Shown piece by piece: positions 18,631-25,157 of a DNA stretch of 64,000 bases. The number at the start of each line of letters is the position of its first letter. Position 1 is the first letter of the stretch. The position numbers and the translations under genes are program-made. The stretch lies in NCBI GenBank assembly GCA_001805445.1, contig MHGF01000036.1, positions 7,526 to 71,525 on the forward strand, written 5' to 3'. The notes under the pieces are model-generated. The model did not search any database and had not been told where the DNA came from. It worked only from the letters and a program-made list of their open reading frames with translations. The stretch is from Omnitrophica WOR_2 bacterium GWF2_43_52. GTDB taxonomy: Bacteria; Omnitrophota; Gorgyraeia; Gygaellales; UBA12090.

Positions 18631-18763
18631 CTTTAAAAGTGGATATCAGGGTATCGGGAAATTAGGAAAAAAACTATTCTTTATTCCTACTATCCCGATA
18701 TCCTGATTACCAAATCCTAATCTTCCCGGCCACCTGATTTCCGTATTTAACATGGTTATTTAC
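18631..18763. repeat. ATCAGG-family inverted-repeat element, copy 3
   Basis: TAAAAGTGGATATCAGGG ... CCAAATCCTAATC..CCGTATTTAACATGGTTA. Confidence 0.8.
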
Positions 18764-18798
18764 CTATAGTATGTGAAGAGAAAGGCAAAAGTAGAGAA

Positions 18799-20019
18799 AT
18801 GAAAAAATTGATTGTGCAAAAATACGGTGGTTCTTCAGTAGCAAATCCGGAAAAGATAAAGAATGTTGCCAAGCGCGTTGTGCGTTACAAAAAAAAAGGC
18901 AATGATTTGGTGGTGGTGGTTTCAGCCTTAGGAGATACCACAGATGAATTGATAGAGCTTGCCTCGCAAATATCGGCGGAGCCTCCGGAGCGGGAGATGG
19001 ATATGCTGCTTTCAACCGGTGAGCAGATATCGGTAGCTCTTTTGGCAATGGCAATTCATGAGTTAGGGTATGAGGCGATATCCTTAACGGGTTCACAGGT
19101 AGGCATTATTACCGATACCGTTCATACAAGAGCGAGAATTGTAAAGATAGAGGCTAATAAAATTCATCAAGAGTTGAAAAAGGGTAAAGTAGTAATCGTG
19201 GCGGGCTTTCAGGGAATGACCCCGGATAAGGATATTACAACCTTAGGCAGAGGCGGCTCTGATTTGACCGCGGTTGCCCTTGCCAAGACGTTAGAGGCTA
19301 ATGAGTGCGAGATTTATACCGATGTGGAGGGGATTTTCACCACCGACCCCCGCATTGAGCCTAAGGCAAGAAAGATAGATGAGATAACCTACGATGAGAT
19401 GCTTGAGATGGCTTCTCTTGGGGCGCAGGTAATGCAGGCGCGCTCTATTGAAGTGGCCAAGAAATTTGATGTGCCGATACAGGTGCGTTCGTCATTTTCC
19501 GAGAACTGCGGTACCATGATTATTAAGGAGGTAAAAAATATGGAAGATGTGGCAGTGACGGGGATAACCCTCAATAAAAGTGAATCTAAGATTACCATTT
19601 GTAATGTTCCCGATAAGCCGGGGATCGCCGCTAAGATTTTTAATCAGCTTGCTCAAGGCGGGATTAACGTGGATATGATTGTGCAGAATGTATCGCATAC
19701 GCGCCAAACCGATATATCTTTTACCGTCCCGAAAGTGGATTCTCAAAAAGCGATAAAATTAACCCAGAGGGCGGCACAGGAAATAGGGGAATTAGAGGTT
19801 TTAGAGGATTTGGATATCGCGCGTGTTTCCATTGTGGGAGTAGGGATGAAGACTCATTCCGGGGTTGCGGCAGGGATGTTTGAGACACTCGCTAAGGAGA
19901 AGATAAATATCGAGATGATCTCAACCTCTGAAATCAGCATTTCCTGTATTATCAAGAAAAAATTCGCGGAGACAGCGGTAAAATCTTTGCATGAAAAGTT
20001 TGACTTAGCTAAGAGGTGA
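18799..20019 (+). CDS. lysC: Aspartate kinase
   Basis: VQKYGGSSV, VVSA.G, TTLGRGGSD, TDVEG, two ACT domains. Confidence 0.96.
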   Translation: MKKLIVQKYGGSSVANPEKIKNVAKRVVRYKKKGNDLVVVVSALGDTTDELIELASQISAEPPEREMDMLLSTGEQISVALLAMAIHELGYEAISLTGSQVGIITDTVHTRARIVKIEANKIHQELKKGKVVIVAGFQGMTPDKDITTLGRGGSDLTAVALAKTLEANECEIYTDVEGIFTTDPRIEPKARKIDEITYDEMLEMASLGAQVMQARSIEVAKKFDVPIQVRSSFSENCGTMIIKEVKNMEDVAVTGITLNKSESKITICNVPDKPGIAAKIFNQLAQGGINVDMIVQNVSHTRQTDISFTVPKVDSQKAIKLTQRAAQEIGELEVLEDLDIARVSIVGVGMKTHSGVAAGMFETLAKEKINIEMISTSEISISCIIKKKFAETAVKSLHEKFDLAKR

Positions 20020-21590
20020 GGAGAATGCTCAAAGTTGAATTATACGATACCACCTTGCGTGACGGCGCGCAGACCGAAGGGATTTCCTATTCGGTCCAGG
20101 ATAAGGTGCGCATTGCCCGTAAGCTTGATGAGATGGGGATTCATTTTATTGAAGCCGGCTGGCCGGCGAATCCCAAGGATCGGGAAGTCTTTAGGATATT
20201 GAAGGCCAAGCCTCTTAAGCAGGCCGCGTTAGTTGCTTTTGGTTCTACCCGCAGGATAGATAAAAAGGCAAGCCTTGACGCAAGCATAAAGAGTATCCTC
20301 GCGGCCGAGACTAGGGTTGTGACTATTTTTGGCAAAACCTGGGATCTCCATATTCAAGAGGTGTTGAAGATTTCCTTGGATGAAAACCTTGCGATAATTC
20401 ATGATACGGTTAAATATTTGGTCTCTCAAGGGAAAATGGTTATCTATGATTGCGAGCATTTCTTTGACGGCTATAAGAGTAACCCGGAGTACGCGCTTAA
20501 GACTGCCTTAATTGCCCAGGAAGCGGGGGCGGGCCGTATTGTCTTTTGCGATACTAACGGAGGGACCGTTACTTCTGAGATGATCAGGATTATCCATCAG
20601 GTTGCGCCTAAACTAAAATCAACCCTTGGCATCCATGCCCATAATGATTTGGGATTGGCTGTGGCCAATTCTATTTTCGCGGTTGAAAATGGGGTTACTC
20701 ACGTGCAAGGGACATTCAATGGTTATGGCGAGCGCTGCGGCAACGCTGACTTAACCACTATCATCGGAATTTTGAAAACCAAACTTACTATCGAGTGCAT
20801 TCCAGATAAGAATCTTAAGGAATTAACGAAGGTTTCCCATTTTGTAAGCGAAGTTTCTAATATGCGCCAGCAGCCGAACCAGCCTTTTGTGGGCAGTTCA
20901 GCTTTTGTGCATAAAGGAGGCGTGCATATTGACGCGATGCTGAAGAACCAAAAAACCTATGAGCATATTGATCCTCTTTGGGTAGGTAATCACCGCAGGT
21001 TACTAGCTTCTGAGCTTTCCGGGAAGATGCCTATTATCTTGAAAGCAAAGGAATTTGATCTTGATTTAGACAAAAAATCGCCCAAGACCCAAAAGATTCT
21101 CAAGCTTTTGCAGGATTTAGAACATAAGGGTTATCAGTTTGAGGCGGCTGATGGCTCATTTGAGATTCTCATTAAGCGCGCGCTAAAGCAGTACAAGAAC
21201 TTTTTTAGCCTGGAAAGTTTCAGGGTGGTGGTAGAGAAAAAGCCTGACGGAAGGATTACGTCTGAGGCGATCATCAAGGTGAAGGTAAAAGGGGTTCAGG
21301 AACATACCGCAGCAGACGGCGACGGCCCGGTGAACGCCTTGGATAACGCCCTGCGCAAAGCGCTTAAGTCTTTTTATCCGACGCTGACTAAAATGCATTT
21401 GTCTGATTTTAAGGTGCGGGTCTTGGATGAGAAAGCGGGGACCGCCTCAGGGGTGCGCGTGCTTATCCAGTCTCAGGATGAAACAGATTCCTGGGGCACA
21501 GTCGGGGTTTCGGAGAATATCATTGAGGCGTCATGGCAGGCTCTCGTGGATAGTGTTGAGTATAAATTGCTTAAGGATAAGGTTAGTTGA
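20016..21590 (+). CDS. cimA: (R)-citramalate synthase (LeuA-like)
   Basis: YDTTLRDGAQ.EG, EHFFDG, HAHND, GERCGN, HKGG.H, SELSG. Confidence 0.88.
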   Translation: MRRMLKVELYDTTLRDGAQTEGISYSVQDKVRIARKLDEMGIHFIEAGWPANPKDREVFRILKAKPLKQAALVAFGSTRRIDKKASLDASIKSILAAETRVVTIFGKTWDLHIQEVLKISLDENLAIIHDTVKYLVSQGKMVIYDCEHFFDGYKSNPEYALKTALIAQEAGAGRIVFCDTNGGTVTSEMIRIIHQVAPKLKSTLGIHAHNDLGLAVANSIFAVENGVTHVQGTFNGYGERCGNADLTTIIGILKTKLTIECIPDKNLKELTKVSHFVSEVSNMRQQPNQPFVGSSAFVHKGGVHIDAMLKNQKTYEHIDPLWVGNHRRLLASELSGKMPIILKAKEFDLDLDKKSPKTQKILKLLQDLEHKGYQFEAADGSFEILIKRALKQYKNFFSLESFRVVVEKKPDGRITSEAIIKVKVKGVQEHTAADGDGPVNALDNALRKALKSFYPTLTKMHLSDFKVRVLDEKAGTASGVRVLIQSQDETDSWGTVGVSENIIEASWQALVDSVEYKLLKDKVS

Positions 21591-21868
21591 AAATGTCTGA
21601 CGTAGATTTATATGAATATGCGTATCAAGTTATATCTGAAGCAATTGTCAAGAACAATCCTGGTATTTGGAAGAGTGATTTGCGCAGAATGACAATTGAA
21701 GAAATCAGGCGAAAACTTAAACACCGTATAGCCTTTGAAGATGTGGATTCTTGCGATTTTCGTAATTGGCCAGCAGAAAAGAAGCTGGATTGGCTGCAAG
21801 ATTTGAATGAATTTGTATATAAAACAATAGGCAAGAGTAAATATATGGAATTGAGAGGATTTAAATAA
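21587..21868 (+). CDS. Hypothetical 93-aa protein
   Basis: ORF overlaps the cimA stop and abuts the next gene; no recognisable motif. Confidence 0.5.
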   Translation: MKMSDVDLYEYAYQVISEAIVKNNPGIWKSDLRRMTIEEIRRKLKHRIAFEDVDSCDFRNWPAEKKLDWLQDLNEFVYKTIGKSKYMELRGFK

Positions 21869-22057
21869 ATGGTTCTGCGCATGAACCAAGTTGCTCGCGA
21901 TAAAGCGGATAAGAAGGCAAGGCGCGGTTGTTATTTAGAGATTCACATTGAAGAAGACGGGAAGATAAGGTTTATACCGCTCACCAGAAATACGGCTTTA
22001 GTGGTGAGGGCGCTTTCCGATAAGGCTTTCAAAAGCCTGAGTGTTTACTGCGGATAA
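21869..22057 (+). CDS. Small protein of the Ycf46 AAA+ module
   Basis: LEIHIEEDGKI resembles the IELFISDDGEL start of 24941; ends VYCG. Confidence 0.55.
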   Translation: MVLRMNQVARDKADKKARRGCYLEIHIEEDGKIRFIPLTRNTALVVRALSDKAFKSLSVYCG

Positions 22058-22089
22058 AGAAAAGTATCCTTTTTATAGAAAAGGAGTGC

Positions 22090-23640
22090 GTGAGCATGGA
22101 AACCAAGTGCGATAAGGAAATTGATGTTTTGGTCAGGGCCAGGTATCCTCTGATTTATTTGGTAAGCTGGGAGGAAACTAGGATTATAGAGCGCTTAAGG
22201 GATATGGCGGAGCGCAGGCAAAAAAAGCTTTTTCTTTGGTCTATTACGCGGGGGATTTTTAAATTAGAGGATGTATCCTCAAAGGTTGACGAGGCGACCA
22301 GGGATCCTATAAACGCCCTTAGCTATATTGAGAAATACCCTGACCCCGCGCTTTTTGTGTTTCTTGACTTTCATTCCTTTTTAAATGACCAAACGATAAT
22401 CCGCAAGGCAAGGGACTTGGTAAGTAATCTGAAAGATACGTATGAAACTTTGATTATTATCTCTCCGGTCTTGACGGTGCCTGTAGAATTAGAGAAGGAA
22501 TTCGTGGTTGTGGATTATGATATGCCCTATTATGAGGAAATGACTGAATTGCTCGATGAGATAATTCAGGTGGTATCTAAAACGCCGGAAGTAACCATAG
22601 ACCTTACTCCCGATACTAAGGAAAGGTTAGCCAAGGCAGCGCTTGGCCTGACGCGTTCTGAAGCGGAGAATGCCTTTGCCCGGGCGATTGTGATTGATAA
22701 GAAGTTAGATGTTAATGATATTGATAAAATCCTCGATGAGAAAAAACAGGCGATTAGAAAGAGTAAGCTGTTAGAATATTATGAACTAAGGGAAGAATTT
22801 TCCAATGTCGGAGGCGTCGATTGTTTAAAAGATTGGCTTTCTAAACGCGGCATTGCCTTTACCCAAAAAGCCCAGGAGTTCGGCCTGCCTCAACCAAAAG
22901 GGATTATGCTCCTAGGCGTGCAGGGATGCGGCAAGAGCTTAACCGCTAAAGCTGTTTCGGGTTTGTGGAAATTGCCTCTTTTACGCCTGGATATTGGCGC
23001 GGTCTTTAGCGGTATCGTCGGCTCATCAGAAGAGAATATGCGCCGGGCAATAAAGCTGGCGGAAGCTTTGGCGCCGATAGTGTTATGGATTGATGAGATA
23101 GAAAAAGGCTTGTCAGGAGTGCAGAGTTCAACATTCTCTGACGCAGGGACCTCCGCGCGCGTCTTTAGCACATTCCTTACCTGGCTCCAGGAAAAGACTG
23201 CTGCTGTGTTTGTCATTGCTACTGCCAACAATATCCAGCAGCTTCCTCCGGAGTTGCTGCGAAAAGGGCGATTTGATGAAATATTCTTTGTGGATTTACC
23301 GACTCAGGATGAAAGAAAAGAGATATTTGGAATACATATAAAAAAGAGAAAACGAGATGCGGCGCGCTTTGACGTAGAGCTTTTGGCCAAGGAAAGCGAG
23401 GGTTTTTCAGGCGCGGAAATAGAACAAGCGGTGATTGCCGCTATGTATGATGCCTTTTTGGAAAAGAAGGATATTGACTCTGAAGGCATTATTCGCAGCA
23501 TAAAACAAAGCGTGCCTTTATCGGTAACGATGAAAGAGAATATTGAAGACCTCCGCGCGTGGGCCAAGTATAGGGCGCGCCCGGCAAGCAGCTCTCGAAA
23601 AGAAGTGTCCTCTAACAAGGAGAGAAAGTTAGAGTTTTAA
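22090..23640 (+). CDS. Ycf46-family AAA+ ATPase
   Basis: RARYPLIY..EE.R N-terminus, GVQGCGKS Walker A, WIDEIEK Walker B, TAN, LPPELLRKGRFDE, WA..RARPAS. Confidence 0.9.
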   Translation: MSMETKCDKEIDVLVRARYPLIYLVSWEETRIIERLRDMAERRQKKLFLWSITRGIFKLEDVSSKVDEATRDPINALSYIEKYPDPALFVFLDFHSFLNDQTIIRKARDLVSNLKDTYETLIIISPVLTVPVELEKEFVVVDYDMPYYEEMTELLDEIIQVVSKTPEVTIDLTPDTKERLAKAALGLTRSEAENAFARAIVIDKKLDVNDIDKILDEKKQAIRKSKLLEYYELREEFSNVGGVDCLKDWLSKRGIAFTQKAQEFGLPQPKGIMLLGVQGCGKSLTAKAVSGLWKLPLLRLDIGAVFSGIVGSSEENMRRAIKLAEALAPIVLWIDEIEKGLSGVQSSTFSDAGTSARVFSTFLTWLQEKTAAVFVIATANNIQQLPPELLRKGRFDEIFFVDLPTQDERKEIFGIHIKKRKRDAARFDVELLAKESEGFSGAEIEQAVIAAMYDAFLEKKDIDSEGIIRSIKQSVPLSVTMKENIEDLRAWAKYRARPASSSRKEVSSNKERKLEF

Positions 23641-23656
23641 TAGTGAATAAAATGAT

Positions 23657-24376
23657 ATGCTGAGAAAATTCATCAAGCGTTTTGAGAAATTAGAGCACGC
23701 GCCAAAAGATGGTCTGTGCAAAGGATGTATTAAGATTTCAAAACGTTTTGAGCGGCTTGAAATAGGAAACAGGAGAATAGAAGTTGTCATTACAGACACA
23801 ATAGGGCAAACTGAAGTTTATCAGGCGCCAGCCAACGCGAACGTTGATTACTCCGTTGTGTGTCCTTATTGCGGCAAGGAAAACCTCTCCAGCGCTATCC
23901 TCTGTATCTCCTGCCAGAATTCGCTGCAGACGCCTTTAACCGAAAACTATCAGAAAGCTGCCCGGTCAATTAAAAAATGCACCTGTGGGGCAATAAATCA
24001 AGGGGAGAGAAGGAATTGCTGGGTCTGTGGCAGGGATTTTTCCTTGGCAGGGGATAAGAATGTGGCAATTGATTCAGCCAATGAAATAATTCTTAATATT
24101 GATGGCGTAGAGTATAAATCCTCAGATAGAAATTTGCCTTTTGACATAGTGACGCTTATGGAAAGGATACGAAAATACGGCTATAGCAAAGAGTTGATTG
24201 ACGATTGGGTAAAGCGTAAAAAGGCGGAAAATGACTTGAAGCAACAGTCATTGCGCGAACGTATTGAGGAAATAAGATCGCAGCTCTCCGCGCGTCAGGT
24301 TCAGCTCATCATCGGTATTGTGGTTGTGGCACTTTACTATTTTTTTAGGTTTTTTATATTTAATCAATTGAGATAA
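23657..24376 (+). CDS. Double zinc-ribbon protein with C-terminal coiled coil and TM anchor
   Basis: CPYC, CISC, CTC, CWVC; hydrophobic C-terminus. Confidence 0.65.
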   Translation: MLRKFIKRFEKLEHAPKDGLCKGCIKISKRFERLEIGNRRIEVVITDTIGQTEVYQAPANANVDYSVVCPYCGKENLSSAILCISCQNSLQTPLTENYQKAARSIKKCTCGAINQGERRNCWVCGRDFSLAGDKNVAIDSANEIILNIDGVEYKSSDRNLPFDIVTLMERIRKYGYSKELIDDWVKRKKAENDLKQQSLRERIEEIRSQLSARQVQLIIGIVVVALYYFFRFFIFNQLR

Positions 24377-24398
24377 TACGTAAAAAGGGAGGACTTGC

Positions 24399-24788
24399 AT
24401 GTCTTCAGAGGCTTGTTTGATTACTATGATTGGCGATTTAATTGCTTTAAAGAGAACCTTGTCCGATTTGCAGGTAGAATATGAAGAGACAAAGACTTTG
24501 ACTACTGCCGATGGATCCTCTCATAAAGTTGAAGTGGTAATTAAGGATCCTAACGGCCGTTTAATCGGCCTTGAGAAAACTAAAAAGGGAGAGTATCAGT
24601 TTGTGGCGGATACAAAAGGCTTAACCAAAGAGCAGTTGAAAAAACAGCAAGTGTTTATCAATAAAATTAAGCAGAAATACGCCTATAGTAAGGTTATTGC
24701 TGAGCTTAAAAAACAAGGCTATATGATTTCCGAGGAAGAGAGGGTTCAGAAAAATACCATTCGGCTGGTAGCGCGAAAATGGTCATAG
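24399..24788 (+). CDS. DUF1257 / Ycf35-like protein
   Basis: LKRTL.DL, YQFVAD, IKQKYAY.KV...K.QGY...EE.....IRLV. Confidence 0.75.
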   Translation: MSSEACLITMIGDLIALKRTLSDLQVEYEETKTLTTADGSSHKVEVVIKDPNGRLIGLEKTKKGEYQFVADTKGLTKEQLKKQQVFINKIKQKYAYSKVIAELKKQGYMISEEERVQKNTIRLVARKWS

Positions 24789-24830
24789 CAGCAGAGCTGA
24801 ACATGTTATAGAGGAAGATGATAATTGTTG

Positions 24831-24915
24831 CGTGTATCGTTAACCTTGCCTACCGGCAGGCAGGCGTGTACCGCTTGCCGTAACGGTAAACGGTTAGCGG
24901 TAAACGGTACACGAA
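24831..24915. repeat. Heptamer inverted array interrupted by a 20-bp palindrome
   Basis: CGTGTAT CGTTAAC [CTTGCCTACCGGCAGGCAGG] CGTGTAC CGCTTGC then AACGGTA AACGGTT AGCGGTA AACGGTA CACG. Confidence 0.85.
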
Positions 24916-24940
24916 ACATAATTTTTAACATAGGAGAGAT

Positions 24941-25147
24941 ATGGCGGGAAAACAAGAGATTGAATTATTTATATCTGATGATGGTGAGCTTAAGGTGCAT
25001 ATTAAGGGCATGAAAGGGCCGGGGTGCCTGAAAGTATTAGAAACTTTGGCAAAGGAAATCGGCAGTGAAAAAGGAAGAACGCTTACCAGTGAGTACTACG
25101 AATCAACGAAAAATACGAATACGACGTCAACGAAGTTAAAAAAGTAG
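24941..25147 (+). CDS. DUF2997 family protein
   Basis: IELFISDDGELKVHIKGMKGPGC..LTSEYY; RBS AGGAG. Confidence 0.8.
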   Translation: MAGKQEIELFISDDGELKVHIKGMKGPGCLKVLETLAKEIGSEKGRTLTSEYYESTKNTNTTSTKLKK

Positions 25148-25157
25148 GAAGATTTTT

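Noticed and set aside
24825-25013. 62-aa ORF
   Set aside because: Translates the heptamer/palindrome repeat and overlaps the DUF2997 gene, which has a good RBS
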